Origin: an uncultured Gammaproteobacteria bacterium
GTDB lineage: Bacteria > Pseudomonadota > Gammaproteobacteria > DRLM01
DNA length: 64,000 bases
Assembly (NCBI GenBank): GCA_963729605.1
Contig: CAVSNY010000007.1
Coordinates: forward strand, 736,001-800,000
Direction: 5' to 3'
Shown here: positions 19,912 to 31,128 of the stretch, in pieces
Position numbering within the stretch: position 1 is the stretch's first letter
Layout: the number at the start of each line of letters is the position of its first letter
Notes under the pieces: model-generated
The model's input: the letters and a program-made list of their open reading frames with translations, nothing else
What the model was told of the DNA's origin: nothing
Databases searched by the model: none
Translations under genes and position numbers: made by a program

Positions 19912-20511
19912 ATGTCAGTTCTAGTCACCAAACCGGCGCCGGACTTCGTGGCGCAAGCCGTCATGGGCGACGGCAGCATCAAGGCCGATTTCAGATTGTC
20001 CGACCTGCGCGGCAAATACGTCGTGCTGTTTTTCTGGCCGCTGGATTTCACCTTCGTCTGTCCCACCGAGATCATCGCCCACGACAAACGCGCCGCGAAA
20101 TTCCGCGAACGCGGCGTCGAGCTGGTCGGCGTCTCCATCGATTCGCAATTCACCCATGCCGCTTGGCGCAACACCCCGGTGGACAAGGGCGGCATCGGTC
20201 CCGTGAGTTTTCCGATGGTGGCCGACGTCAAACACGAGATCACCCGCGCCTATGGCATCGAACATCCGGATGGCGTCGCGCTGCGCGGCTCGTTCCTCAT
20301 CGACCGTGACGGCATCGTGCAGCACCAGGTGGTGAACAACCTGCCGCTGGGCCGCGAAGTGGATGAGATGCTGCGCATGGTCGACGCCCTGCAGTTCGTC
20401 GAGGAACACGGCGAAGTCTGTCCCGCCGGCTGGCAGAAGGGCGACGCGGCGATGAAGCCCGACGCCAAAGGCGTAGCCGATTACCTGGCCAAACACGCCA
20501 AGGAGTTGTAA
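19912..20511 (+). CDS. 2-Cys peroxiredoxin (AhpC/TSA)
   Basis: FFWPLDFTFVCPTE and GEVCPAGW motifs. Confidence 0.96.
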   Translation: MSVLVTKPAPDFVAQAVMGDGSIKADFRLSDLRGKYVVLFFWPLDFTFVCPTEIIAHDKRAAKFRERGVELVGVSIDSQFTHAAWRNTPVDKGGIGPVSFPMVADVKHEITRAYGIEHPDGVALRGSFLIDRDGIVQHQVVNNLPLGREVDEMLRMVDALQFVEEHGEVCPAGWQKGDAAMKPDAKGVADYLAKHAKEL

Positions 20512-20561
20512 ACGTTGCGCGCGTGATCGCGTGAATTTGTAAATTTTATAATTCGATTATC

Positions 20562-20590
20562 ACGCCCATCCATGGATGGGCGTTTTTTTT
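20562..20590 (+). terminator. Rho-independent terminator after the peroxiredoxin gene
   Basis: ACGCCCATCC-AT-GGATGGGCGT palindrome followed by a T8 run. Confidence 0.85.
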
Positions 20591-20871
20591 GAAAACTTCC
20601 GCTCTATCCTCTACAATCGATGGCGATGTGATTTTTTCCAAGTCTCAAGTCGCATCCATGTTCAATGCTTCCGCATGGGAGCTCAACAGTTCCGCAAGCG
20701 CTTATTCTGAAGTTTTTTAACCCGCCGGCCCGGTCTGAGAGTTGCGAAGACCTTGCGCTACGGCGGTCCCTTTTAAATCTCGATTCAAACGGCAAAGCCC
20801 AAGGCTAGGCCCGTCACCCTTAAAGCGATTGTTCGCTTTTGTCCTCCGTCATCAATCGAAAGGAATCATCG

Positions 20872-23076
20872 ATGAACATCACCAAACCCAAGAAGACGAA
20901 AAGCAAAGACGTCCAAAAGCCGACCACCGCCAAGGTGAATGATCTGGCGCAAGACACCACGGACGCCACTGACGCCTATCTCACCACCAACCAGGGCGTG
21001 CGCATCAACGATAATCAGAATTCACTCAAGACCGGCGAGCGCGGCCCGACCCTGCTGGAGGATTTCATCTTCCGCGAAAAAATCACTCACTTCGATCATG
21101 AGCGCATTCCCGAGCGCATCGTGCACGCGCGCGGTGCCGCGGCGCACGGTTACTTCCAGGTCTATCAGTCGATGGCGCAATACACCAAGGCCAAGTTTCT
21201 GCAGGACCCCGCGGTAAAGACGCCGGTGTTCGTGCGCTTCTCCACCGTCGCGGGTTCGCGCGGTTCCACCGATCTGGCCCGCGACGTGCGCGGTTTCGCC
21301 GTCAAGTTTTATACTGAAGAAGGTGTTTACGATCTGGTCGGCAACAACATTCCGGTATTTTTTATCCAGGACGCCATCAAGTTTCCCGACCTAGTCCACG
21401 CCGTCAAACCGGAGCAGCACAACGAAATTCCGCAGGCGGCGTCGGCGCACGATACCTTCTGGGATTTCATTTCCTTGATGCCGGAAGCCATGCACATGAT
21501 CATGTGGGTGATGTCGGACCGGGCGATCCCACGTAGCTACCGTATGATGGAAGGCTTCGGCGTCCACACCTTCCGTTTCATCAATGAAAAGGGCAAAGGG
21601 TGTTTCGTCAAATTCCATTGGAAGCCGTTGCTCGGCGTGCACTCGGTGTTGTGGGACGAGGCGATCAAGATTTCCGGCAACGACCCGGATTTTCATCGCC
21701 GCGATTTATGGGAAGCGATCGAAAACGGCGATTATCCCGAATTCGAATTCGGCGTGCAGATCGTCGAGGAAAAGGACGAACACAAATTCGGCTTCGATCT
21801 GCTCGATCCCACCAAAATTATTCCCGAGGAGCTGGTGCCGGTGCAGCGCATCGGCAAGCTCACGCTCAACCGCAATCCCGACAACTTTTTCGCCGAGACC
21901 GAGCAGGTGGCTTTTCATCCCGGCCACATCGTTCCCGGTATCGATTTCACCAACGACCCCCTGCTGCAAGGGCGATTGTTCTCCTATCTCGACACGCAAT
22001 TGAAGCGCCTGGGCGGCCCTAACTTTCACGAAATTCCGATCAACCGCCCGACCGTGCCGGTGCATAACAATCAGCGCGACGGCCATATGCGGCAGACCAT
22101 CAACAAAGGCCGTGTCGCCTATGAACCCAATACCTTGGCCGGCGGCTGTCCGTTTCAGGCAATGAGGAGCGAGGGCGGTTTTGTAAGCCACGCCGAGCGC
22201 ATCGACGCCAATAAGGTGCGGGCGCGCAGCGAGAGTTTCTTCGACCACTTCAGCCAGGCGGCCTTATTCTTCAACAGCCAATCGGCGCCGGAGCAGAACC
22301 ACATCGTCAATGCCCTGCGTTTTGAATTGGGCAAAGTGGAAACGGTAGCGATCCGCGAACGCATGGTTTATATGCTGGCCCAAGTCGACAAGACATTGGC
22401 GAACCGGGTTGGGGAAGGTCTGGGCATTGGCGTGCCGGCCGGCGTCGAGGGACCGCTCAATCAAAGTATCCCGGCGGACGGCGACCCCAAAAAATTTCAG
22501 CCCAAGCGCGTCGCCAAAAACATCGGCGTTTCACCGGTGCTGAGCATGGCCGCCACACCGAAGGATACTATCAAGACCCGCAAAGTGGCGGTGCTGGCGG
22601 CGGACGGCTTCGACGCCGCGGCCCTGGCCGCCGTCAAGCAGGAATTGATGAAGGCCGGTGCGCAAGTCAAATTGATCGCGCCGCGGCTCGGCCAGCTGAA
22701 AGGCGGCAACGGCGAAGAAGTGAAAATCGATTTCAGTTTTCTCACCTGCGCATCGGTATTATTCGATGCCGTCTATGTGCCGGGCGGTGAACGCAGCATC
22801 GAGACACTGAAGGGCACGCCCAAGGCGCTGCACTTCATCAATGAGGCCTTCAAGCATTGCAAGGCGATTGCGGTCACCGGCGCGGCGGTGGATTTGCTGC
22901 AGGCGACGTATCTCGCCGACAAGATTCCCGACGCGAGTCGCAAAGGTGTGACCTTGGATGAAGGTGTGGTGATCAGCCGCGATGCGCCGCCGGCCAAGGT
23001 CGCGGCGGAATTCATCGGGGCCATCGCGCAACACCGGCACTGGAGCCGCGAACAGCACGACCACGTGCCGGCTTGA
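20872..23076 (+). CDS. katE: Large-subunit catalase HPII
   Basis: FDHERIPERIVHARG, RFSTVAGSRGS, RLFSYLDTQ, C-terminal DJ-1/GATase-like domain (FDAVYVPGG). Confidence 0.96.
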   Translation: MNITKPKKTKSKDVQKPTTAKVNDLAQDTTDATDAYLTTNQGVRINDNQNSLKTGERGPTLLEDFIFREKITHFDHERIPERIVHARGAAAHGYFQVYQSMAQYTKAKFLQDPAVKTPVFVRFSTVAGSRGSTDLARDVRGFAVKFYTEEGVYDLVGNNIPVFFIQDAIKFPDLVHAVKPEQHNEIPQAASAHDTFWDFISLMPEAMHMIMWVMSDRAIPRSYRMMEGFGVHTFRFINEKGKGCFVKFHWKPLLGVHSVLWDEAIKISGNDPDFHRRDLWEAIENGDYPEFEFGVQIVEEKDEHKFGFDLLDPTKIIPEELVPVQRIGKLTLNRNPDNFFAETEQVAFHPGHIVPGIDFTNDPLLQGRLFSYLDTQLKRLGGPNFHEIPINRPTVPVHNNQRDGHMRQTINKGRVAYEPNTLAGGCPFQAMRSEGGFVSHAERIDANKVRARSESFFDHFSQAALFFNSQSAPEQNHIVNALRFELGKVETVAIRERMVYMLAQVDKTLANRVGEGLGIGVPAGVEGPLNQSIPADGDPKKFQPKRVAKNIGVSPVLSMAATPKDTIKTRKVAVLAADGFDAAALAAVKQELMKAGAQVKLIAPRLGQLKGGNGEEVKIDFSFLTCASVLFDAVYVPGGERSIETLKGTPKALHFINEAFKHCKAIAVTGAAVDLLQATYLADKIPDASRKGVTLDEGVVISRDAPPAKVAAEFIGAIAQHRHWSREQHDHVPA

Positions 23077-23102
23077 TGCGGCGCGCCGAGTTCAGCCGCC
23101 GG

Positions 23103-24770
23103 TTAAGACGCTGACCGGCGGCTGAACGATTCGGGGCGCCATGGATCGTCTTGGGCCGTGTCCGCCGCCGCGCCGCGCCGGATGATCTCCACCGCCTGCT
23201 CCACCGCCTGCTGCAATTGCGGCGTGGCCGCCGTGTGTTCGCGATCTTTGCCGTAACAAAGCCGCTGCACGGCGTGCACCGTCGCGCGTAGCGCGGTGTC
23301 GCCGCCGTTGCGTTGTTCCCAGTTGCGTAAACCCAGCTCGAGGCTGGCGCTGCCGAAGGCGGCGAGCAGGCGCGCTTGCAACGGATGCGGCGCGTGCGCG
23401 GGTTTGATCGCCGCGCCGTGCTGCGCTGGTTTGACCGGCGCGGCCGTTTTGCTCGGCGCGCGGCTTCGCCACCACAGCGCGGCGGTGGCCAGCCACAGCA
23501 GCGCGAAAAACGCCGTGCCGATCTGCCAGCCGCGCGTATCCACACTGAGACCGGACGTGCTGAATGAAGACGGCTCGTTTGCCGCGCGGTCGGCGGCGGC
23601 CATCACCGGCGCCGCGGCGGCCCGCGCATCGCCGCCGATTTCAAGACGCGGCCCCGCCAGTTCGGCGACATCCAGTACGCCGCGTTCGGTATCGAAATAC
23701 GGTACGCGCACCGGCGGCAGGTCGATGCCGCCGGCATTTTGCGGCAGCGCGGAGAAACTGTAACGCACGGCGGTGGTCACGCCGTCGGCGCCGACTTCGC
23801 TCTCGCGCTGGGCCCGATCCGCGTAAAGTTTGACGGGATCGGGCACGGCCGGCAGCGGCAGATTATCGGGCAAGGCGAAACGGCTGAAGGCGCCGCTGAC
23901 CGTCACCGTCCAGGTGCTGAATTGATTGACCGCGGGGGCCGGTGTCGGCGGGGTCTGCGTGAGTTGCGGCATACCGACGATTAAATTTTCGTCCACCGTT
24001 GCGGGCAGGGCTTGCACCTGCACGGTCGCCGGTTGATGGGGCAGGCGCAGTTTGCGGTCGGCGGCGGTAACGATCCACACGTCGGGCAGCACGATTTTCA
24101 GCGCACCGCTCTCTTTGGGAAAAATTGCCCAGGCGGTGCGCATCACTTGATAAGGCGCGCCGTTGACGATTTCTTCGCGCTGGCTTTGCGGCAGTTCTCG
24201 GTGTTCCAATAGTTCGATGCGGGTCGGCTCGGTGTCGATGTATTCGCCGAGGCTGGCGCTCTTGAGCGGCACGCGGTGATAGACGTCGAGCCAGGCCACC
24301 AGATGTTCGCGTTGCCAGACTTGCGATTTGCTCACGCCGCCGCGGCTGAAGACCTCGGGCAAGGCATCGGGGGCGAGACTGCTCACTTGAATTCTGAGCG
24401 GCGCGCTACTGAGGCCATCGATATGAAAGGCGGGCAAGGTGAAACTGCCGCCGCGGCGCGCAAACAATTCCACGCTGAGTTCGGAGGTGGAGCGGCCGCG
24501 GCCGAGATCGACGTTGTAGCGGTGGGCGACTTGCGGTTTGCCGACGTCGAAGTCCTTGGCCAGCACGCTCAAGTCGATGTTGGGCGCCACGCCCTCGGCG
24601 CGCAAACGGGTCTCGCTGTTGATCAGCGTCAACGTCAGCGTCACCGGTTCGCCCAAGGCGACCGCGTTGCGGTCGATGCGCGCGGTGAACTCGGCGGCGG
24701 CCGAGACCGTGCTGAACAAGAGGCTCAACAAGCCGCACACCCATCGCCGCCGGTACTGCGTCATCACCAC
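23103..24770 (-). CDS. BatD-family protein
   Basis: Signal peptide, ARIDRNAVALGEPVTLTL, LPPVRVPYFD, C-terminal TM segment; last gene of the MoxR-VWA operon. Confidence 0.8.
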   Translation of the reverse strand: MVMTQYRRRWVCGLLSLLFSTVSAAAEFTARIDRNAVALGEPVTLTLTLINSETRLRAEGVAPNIDLSVLAKDFDVGKPQVAHRYNVDLGRGRSTSELSVELFARRGGSFTLPAFHIDGLSSAPLRIQVSSLAPDALPEVFSRGGVSKSQVWQREHLVAWLDVYHRVPLKSASLGEYIDTEPTRIELLEHRELPQSQREEIVNGAPYQVMRTAWAIFPKESGALKIVLPDVWIVTAADRKLRLPHQPATVQVQALPATVDENLIVGMPQLTQTPPTPAPAVNQFSTWTVTVSGAFSRFALPDNLPLPAVPDPVKLYADRAQRESEVGADGVTTAVRYSFSALPQNAGGIDLPPVRVPYFDTERGVLDVAELAGPRLEIGGDARAAAAPVMAAADRAANEPSSFSTSGLSVDTRGWQIGTAFFALLWLATAALWWRSRAPSKTAAPVKPAQHGAAIKPAHAPHPLQARLLAAFGSASLELGLRNWEQRNGGDTALRATVHAVQRLCYGKDREHTAATPQLQQAVEQAVEIIRRGAAADTAQDDPWRPESFSRRSAS

Positions 24771-26548
24771 GGTTTACCCTCCATCATCTTCACGTGCGAC
24801 CCCAAATCGTCTTCGCGGAAACGCCAGCGCAAAAATTCCGCGTTGTTGTCGCGCAAGGCGTCCAGTTCGATCGGAGTGCCGCCTAGTCCAGCACCGGCCT
24901 CGCGCCATAAGGCCAAGGTTTTTTCGAGGCGCGCCGCATCGGTTGCCGTGGACTGTTGAGGCTCGCGCAGCGCTTGCGCGGCGTTGGCGCGTGCGCGCTG
25001 TTGGCGCGGATCACCCGCGGGCGCCGACCCGGCGGCGCTGCCGCTGTCCAACGCGTCGCCGCGACCGGAGGGTGTGCTCTCCGCGCGTTCGCTGCCCTCA
25101 CCGCCCAGATTCGCGGCCGCTTGCTCCGCGTCTTTGCGTTCGCGCTGACCGCGCCGTGCGTCGAGGAATTGGTTGACCAGACTGAGGTTGAGCGCGGCCT
25201 GCGATAAATTGGGTTTCAAGCGCAGCGCCGCTTGATAACGTTCACTCGCCTGTTTGAAACGTTCGAGCCGCGCCAGGGCATTGCCGGCGTTGTAAAGCGC
25301 GTGGGCTTTTTCATCGGCGTTTTCCGTTTGGCGCGCGGCCTTTTCAAAGGCGGCGAGGGCGGCGGTCCAGTCCTGCGCGCGATAAGCGGCGGTGCCCTCG
25401 CCCAGCCAGCCGCGGTAGTTTTTCACTTGGCCATAGAGTTTTTGCGCTTGGGCGTAGTCGCGTTTTTGCAGCGCGTCATAGGCGTCACGTTCGGTCCATG
25501 GCGCCGCTTCGCCGGACGGCGGCGCGATGATGAGCAACGGCAGGATCAGCATCGCCAGTGCCTCGCGGCGGCGCGCGCCAGCCCACAAAAATAAGACGAG
25601 ACTGGCAACCAGCGGCGCGATGTAGAGCGGCACGCTCTCCACCGCGGCGGCCGGCGAGGCCAAGCGCCCGGCGTGGGTGGCGGCGCGCAAGGCGGCGATG
25701 AGTTCGCGCCATTCGCTATTATCCTCGCGCAGCTCGACGTAATGGCCGCCGCCGTCACGCGCCAATTGCTGGAGGCGCGCGCGGTCGAGACGCGACATCA
25801 CCACCTGATCGTCGTAACGCATGAAATGACCGGCCAGGTCGGGCACCGGTCCGCCGCTGGCCGTGCCGGCGCCGACGGTGAACAGCGGAATACCCTGGCC
25901 GCGCAAGCGTGCCGCGGCGGAGGCGGCTTCGGCGTCGTGAAATTCGCCGTCGCTGATCAGCAGCGCGGCGCGGCTGTCGCGCGGGCTGTTTGCCAGCAAT
26001 TGGCCGGCGATCTCGGTGGCGCGCTCGAGATTGGAACCGGCTTTGGCGGTGAGGCCGGGGTCGAGCAAGTCGACGAATTGCAAAAAGGCGTCGCGGTCGG
26101 CGGTGAGCGGCAGCGCCGGGTACGCATTCGCGGAAAACACCACCAGGCCGAGCCGGTCGCCGCCGAGCTGGGCGATCAAATCGCGCACCTCGTGTTTGAC
26201 CCGCGCCAGCCGGCTGGGCGCGAGATCGGCCACCGCCATCGACGGCGAAATATCGATGATCACCGCCAGGTCGATGCCGCGGGTTTCGGCGGGTGCGGCG
26301 GCGCGGCTCCAATACGGACCGGCCACCGCCACCGCGGCGAGTAGCCAGGCGATGAGAAATAGCTTGCCGGGACCGGCGCCGACGCTGGGTCCCACCAGCA
26401 AGCCGCGCAATAAATGCGGGTCGGCGTAGGCGGCGAGCCGCGCCGGCGGACGTGCGCGGCGGCGCCAGTATTGCAGCAGCCAGGGTAGCGCGGCCAGCGC
26501 CAGCCAGGCCGGTTCGCGCCAATGCAGCCCGTTCAACCAGTCCATCAT
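24764..26548 (-). CDS. VWA + TPR protein (BatB/BatC-like)
   Basis: MIDAS DISPSM, PSRLARVK, PLTAD, LISDGE; TPRs ALYNAGNALARL; ATGA overlap with the upstream gene. Confidence 0.88.
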   Translation of the reverse strand: MMDWLNGLHWREPAWLALAALPWLLQYWRRRARPPARLAAYADPHLLRGLLVGPSVGAGPGKLFLIAWLLAAVAVAGPYWSRAAAPAETRGIDLAVIIDISPSMAVADLAPSRLARVKHEVRDLIAQLGGDRLGLVVFSANAYPALPLTADRDAFLQFVDLLDPGLTAKAGSNLERATEIAGQLLANSPRDSRAALLISDGEFHDAEAASAAARLRGQGIPLFTVGAGTASGGPVPDLAGHFMRYDDQVVMSRLDRARLQQLARDGGGHYVELREDNSEWRELIAALRAATHAGRLASPAAAVESVPLYIAPLVASLVLFLWAGARRREALAMLILPLLIIAPPSGEAAPWTERDAYDALQKRDYAQAQKLYGQVKNYRGWLGEGTAAYRAQDWTAALAAFEKAARQTENADEKAHALYNAGNALARLERFKQASERYQAALRLKPNLSQAALNLSLVNQFLDARRGQRERKDAEQAAANLGGEGSERAESTPSGRGDALDSGSAAGSAPAGDPRQQRARANAAQALREPQQSTATDAARLEKTLALWREAGAGLGGTPIELDALRDNNAEFLRWRFREDDLGSHVKMMEGKPW

Positions 26549-27537
26549 GACGGCAACACCCCGCCGGCGCGGCGGCGCTGGCCGGCGAGCAGGAGCAGCA
26601 GGCCGGCCAGCAGCGGCAGCCAATAGACCTCGTGGGGCGTGCCGAGCCGGGCCAGTTTGACGTTGACGGTTTCGAGGGCGTCGATGTCTTTGACGATTTG
26701 CTGCAGCGCGCCGCCGTCGCGCGCCCGGTAAAAACGCCCGCCGCTTTCTTCGGCGAGCTGTTTCAACAAGGTTTCGTCGATGGGCAGTTCCGCGAGGCCG
26801 AGGCGATTATTGGGGCCGCTGGGAAACGGCACCCGGCCGTCCCTGCCCACCGCCACGGCGTAAATGCGCACGTGATATTGGCGGGCCAGCGCCAGCGCGC
26901 GCGAGGGGGTGATGCCGCCGGTGGTGTTGGCGCCGTCGGTGAACAGCAGCACGATGCGCGCGGCGGGCGGCCGTTCGCGCAGGCGTTTCACCGCCAGCGC
27001 CACCGCGTCGCCGAGCGCGGTCTTTTCGCCGGCGATGCCGTGTTCGACTTCGCGCAACAGATTGCGCACCAAATCCAAGTCGTGGGTGACCGGGCTGAGG
27101 GTGAGCGCCTCGCCGGCGAACACGATCAAGCCGGCGCGGTCGCCTTGGCGTTGCGCGAGCAATTCATCGACGGTGTTTTTGACGACGGTGAGGCGGTCGG
27201 TGGGACGCTGGTCGATGACGAAATCCTGGGCGCGCATCGAGCCGGAGATGTCGATGGCGAGCATGAAATCCCGCGCCGGGTATTCGCCGGGCAACAAGTC
27301 GATCCACTGCGGCCGGGCGAGGGCCAGCACCAGCAGGCTGCACGCCGTCAGCCACCACCACGGCCAGCGGCGCGGGCGCGGCGGCGCGGCGGCCGCGAGC
27401 TGCGCGAGCAAGGCGGCGTGCGGATGAAACAAGGCGGCGCGCGGCGCCGGCCGCCCCGGCCAGCGGCGCAGCGCCCACCACGCCAGCCACGGCAGCGGCA
27501 AGGCCAACAGCCAGCCGGCGGCGGCGAACTCAAACAT
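26545..27537 (-). CDS. VWA domain protein (BatA-like)
   Basis: LALARPQW, DISGSM, GDRAGLIVF, TALGDA, LFTDG. Confidence 0.9.
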   Translation of the reverse strand: MFEFAAAGWLLALPLPWLAWWALRRWPGRPAPRAALFHPHAALLAQLAAAAPPRPRRWPWWWLTACSLLVLALARPQWIDLLPGEYPARDFMLAIDISGSMRAQDFVIDQRPTDRLTVVKNTVDELLAQRQGDRAGLIVFAGEALTLSPVTHDLDLVRNLLREVEHGIAGEKTALGDAVALAVKRLRERPPAARIVLLFTDGANTTGGITPSRALALARQYHVRIYAVAVGRDGRVPFPSGPNNRLGLAELPIDETLLKQLAEESGGRFYRARDGGALQQIVKDIDALETVNVKLARLGTPHEVYWLPLLAGLLLLLAGQRRRAGGVLPS

Positions 27538-28003
27538 GCGGGGTCTCCGCCGTCAGCCAGCGGTGGGCGCGTTCGAAGAGCTCCGGCGGCAGCGGCCGCT
27601 CGCGTTGCCGCCGGTAGCGTTGGCGGTCGAGTTGTTGCAGTGTGTCGCGCCACAAGGACGCGTCGTCGATCGTGGCGGGCGGATTGTCGTCCGAGAGTTG
27701 CGCGAGACCCAGCCCGCGCCGCAGCACGGTGGCGAGACGGTACGCCGCGTCGCGGTCGTCGATTTGTTTCGCCTCCCACGCCGAGCGTAACGCACTCAAA
27801 GCGGCCAGCGCGTCACCGCGGAGATCGCCGCTGGGCGCGGTGCGCCGACGCCGGCGAGCGACCCGCCAGGCGACCAGCGCGATTATCGCGATGAACGCGA
27901 TGAACGCGAACGCGGCGAGCAGCCATAACCACCACGGCGTCGCGGCGGGCGGCGCGGGCGGGATGATGTCGGCGAGGCGTTGGAGGGTGTCGTCGCCGTT
28001 CAT
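27530..28003 (-). CDS. DUF4381-like membrane protein
   Basis: LADIIPPAP-WW then TM helix and basic cluster; usual position between DUF58 and VWA genes. Confidence 0.75.
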   Translation of the reverse strand: MNGDDTLQRLADIIPPAPPAATPWWLWLLAAFAFIAFIAIIALVAWRVARRRRRTAPSGDLRGDALAALSALRSAWEAKQIDDRDAAYRLATVLRRGLGLAQLSDDNPPATIDDASLWRDTLQQLDRQRYRRQRERPLPPELFERAHRWLTAETPHV

Positions 28004-28887
28004 AAGGCCTCGCGCATCTGGCTGAACGCGTCGCGGTGTGTGTAAACGGTTTGCAGGCGGATGCCGGTGTTATCGCAGAGGCGGCGCAGCGCGGCCGCGC
28101 GTTCCGCCATCGCGGCGGCGTAACGTTCGCGCAGGACTTTGTCGCCGGTGTCGATGAGATGGATGTGGCCGTTGCCCGCCGTCAAGCGCAAGCGGCCGGC
28201 GTCGGGCAAGTGTTCTTCCGCCGGATCGATGATTTGAAAGAAGATGACTTCGCACTGAGCCGCCAGGCGCCACAACTGCGCGCGCTGGCCGTCGTCCACG
28301 CCGAGCAGGTCGCTGATCACGCAGACGGTGGTGCCGCGGCTGACGTTGTGGCGCAAATCGCCCCACACCGCCGGCCAGTCGGCGGCGTCGCGCGGATCGG
28401 CGCCCGGCGCGGCGCAGGCGGCGCGCAGCATCGGCAGAATGCCGTCCAAACGGCGGGCGGCGGCGTAGGCGCGTTCGCGGCGGCCGTCGAGCACCAGGCC
28501 GGCGACCTGTTCCTGTTGCGCGAGCGCGGAGAAGGCGAGGATCGCCGCGACCCGCGCCGCGGTGGCGGCCTTGGTTTCGACACGGGTGCCGAAGTGCATG
28601 GCGGGACCGCGGTCGATGAGCAGATACAGCAGGCGCTGCCGTTCCTCGCGGAACACCTTGGTCATGGGACGGCCGCTGCGGGCGGTGGCGCGCCAATCCA
28701 TGTGCCGCACGTCATCGCCGGCCTGATAGGCGCGCAAATCGTCCAGCTCCATCCCGCGCCCGCGAAAGATCGAGCGCGCCGCGCCCGACCACGGACTCGC
28801 CACCGCGCGCCGCGGCGCGTGACGGCGCAGCAGGGTTTGCCGTTGCAGCTGTTCGAGTTCGGCGAGGGTGAGAAGGGGGGTGTCCAT
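28000..28887 (-). CDS. DUF58 protein
   Basis: RGRGMELDDLRAYQAGDDVRHMDWRATAR, KVFREER, ISD. Confidence 0.92.
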   Translation of the reverse strand: MDTPLLTLAELEQLQRQTLLRRHAPRRAVASPWSGAARSIFRGRGMELDDLRAYQAGDDVRHMDWRATARSGRPMTKVFREERQRLLYLLIDRGPAMHFGTRVETKAATAARVAAILAFSALAQQEQVAGLVLDGRRERAYAAARRLDGILPMLRAACAAPGADPRDAADWPAVWGDLRHNVSRGTTVCVISDLLGVDDGQRAQLWRLAAQCEVIFFQIIDPAEEHLPDAGRLRLTAGNGHIHLIDTGDKVLRERYAAAMAERAAALRRLCDNTGIRLQTVYTHRDAFSQMREAL

Positions 28888-28937
28888 GGTCGATAGCAAA
28901 ATGCGTGGGCCTTCCAGGATTCGCAGGGTCAGTCATT

Positions 28938-29097
28938 GTAGCCTGGGTTGAGCGGGGTGAAACCCGGGGCGCACCGTCCGAGAGCCGCCAACCGGTTTCG
29001 CAAAAAACACTCAACGCAGGCTGCGCGGGTTTACATATTTTCCTCAGAAAATATTAAGCCATGCTCCGCGGTTTTTGGTGCATGGAATGCACCCTAC
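28938..29097. repeat. Inverted pair of GTAG-type REP-like elements inside the moxR-DUF58 spacer
   Basis: GTAGCCTGGGTTGAGCGGGGTGAAACCCGGGG (28938-28969) and, on the minus strand, GTAGGGTGCATTCCATGCACC (29077-29097). Confidence 0.6.
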
Positions 29098-29111
29098 ATT
29101 TTGTTTGTTCG

Positions 29112-30083
<972 letters not shown>

Positions 30084-30228
30084 GTTTGTTCGCTGGCTTA
30101 TAAAAATTATGGCGGGTTATGATACCGCATTATTTTGTCCGCCGGTTCCGGCGGGTGCACCTTTATAGGCGCGGGTTTGCGCGGTGCGCCGCGGTTTCGG
30201 CGCGGGCGATCAACTAACGGGGATGGGA

Positions 30229-31053
30229 ATGACGGAGCGTAATCAAGGCTGGTTATTGGTCGTGCCGGTGTTGGCGGTCGTGGCGTTGGCGGCCGCCGCG
30301 GCGTGGTGGGCGGGCGCGGCGCGCCATGCGAGCGGTGAGCGCGATGCGCAGGCCGGCCGGCCGCAGAGCATCACTAATAGCGTCGGCATCGAACTGGTGG
30401 CGATCCCCGGCGGCAGCTTCAGCATGGGCAGCGCGCCCGGTCAGGGTGCCGCCGACGAGATGCCGGCGCGCACCGTGCAGGTGGCGCCGTTTTATCTCAG
30501 TAAATACGAGGTGACCCAGGCCCAGTTCCAAGCGGTGATGGGCTACAATCCCAGCGCCTTTGCCAATCCGCAACGGCCGGTGGATCAGGTGACCTGGCTG
30601 GAGGCGCAGTCCTTCATCGAGGCGCTGAACCGCGCCGAGAACACCCCGCTTTATCGCCTGCCTTCCGAGGCGGAATGGGAATACGCCGCCCGCGCCGGCA
30701 GCGACGCGCCGTGGTTTTTCGGCAACGACAGCGGCAGGCTGGATCGTTACGCCTGGTTCGGCCGGAGTGGCGACGTCGGTACCCGGCCGGTGGGCCGCGG
30801 CGCGCCCAATCCCTGGGGCTTGTACGACATCTACGGCAATGTCTGGGAGTGGGTGCAGGATTGCTGGCACGAAGATTACGCCGCCGCGCCGCCGACCGGC
30901 GGGGTGTGGTCGGGCGGCGATTGCGGCCTGCGCATGTTGCGCGGCGGCGGCTGGAACAGCCCCGCCGATTTCGCCCGCTCGGCGGTGCGCGGCAGTTACG
31001 CGCCGCATTTGAACGATGCCGCCAACGGCTTTCGCCTGGCGCGTTCCCGCTAG
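30229..31053 (+). CDS. Membrane-anchored FGE-sulfatase (SUMF1) fold protein
   Basis: IPGGSFSMG, KYEVTQAQF, RLPSEAEWEYAAR, PNPWGLYDIYGNVWEW, RGGGW, GFRL; N-terminal TM segment. Confidence 0.9.
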   Translation: MTERNQGWLLVVPVLAVVALAAAAAWWAGAARHASGERDAQAGRPQSITNSVGIELVAIPGGSFSMGSAPGQGAADEMPARTVQVAPFYLSKYEVTQAQFQAVMGYNPSAFANPQRPVDQVTWLEAQSFIEALNRAENTPLYRLPSEAEWEYAARAGSDAPWFFGNDSGRLDRYAWFGRSGDVGTRPVGRGAPNPWGLYDIYGNVWEWVQDCWHEDYAAAPPTGGVWSGGDCGLRMLRGGGWNSPADFARSAVRGSYAPHLNDAANGFRLARSR

Positions 31054-31128
31054 CGTGCGAGGGTGGGACAGTTGCCGGGCGGCTTGCTATACTCAGCGGC
31101 TATTTTGAGTCAGGGGCTTGGCCGGGGA

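Noticed and set aside
30229-31053. Diversity-generating retroelement target (FGE/CLec fold)
   Set aside because: No reverse transcriptase and no template repeat of the 3' end found in the window
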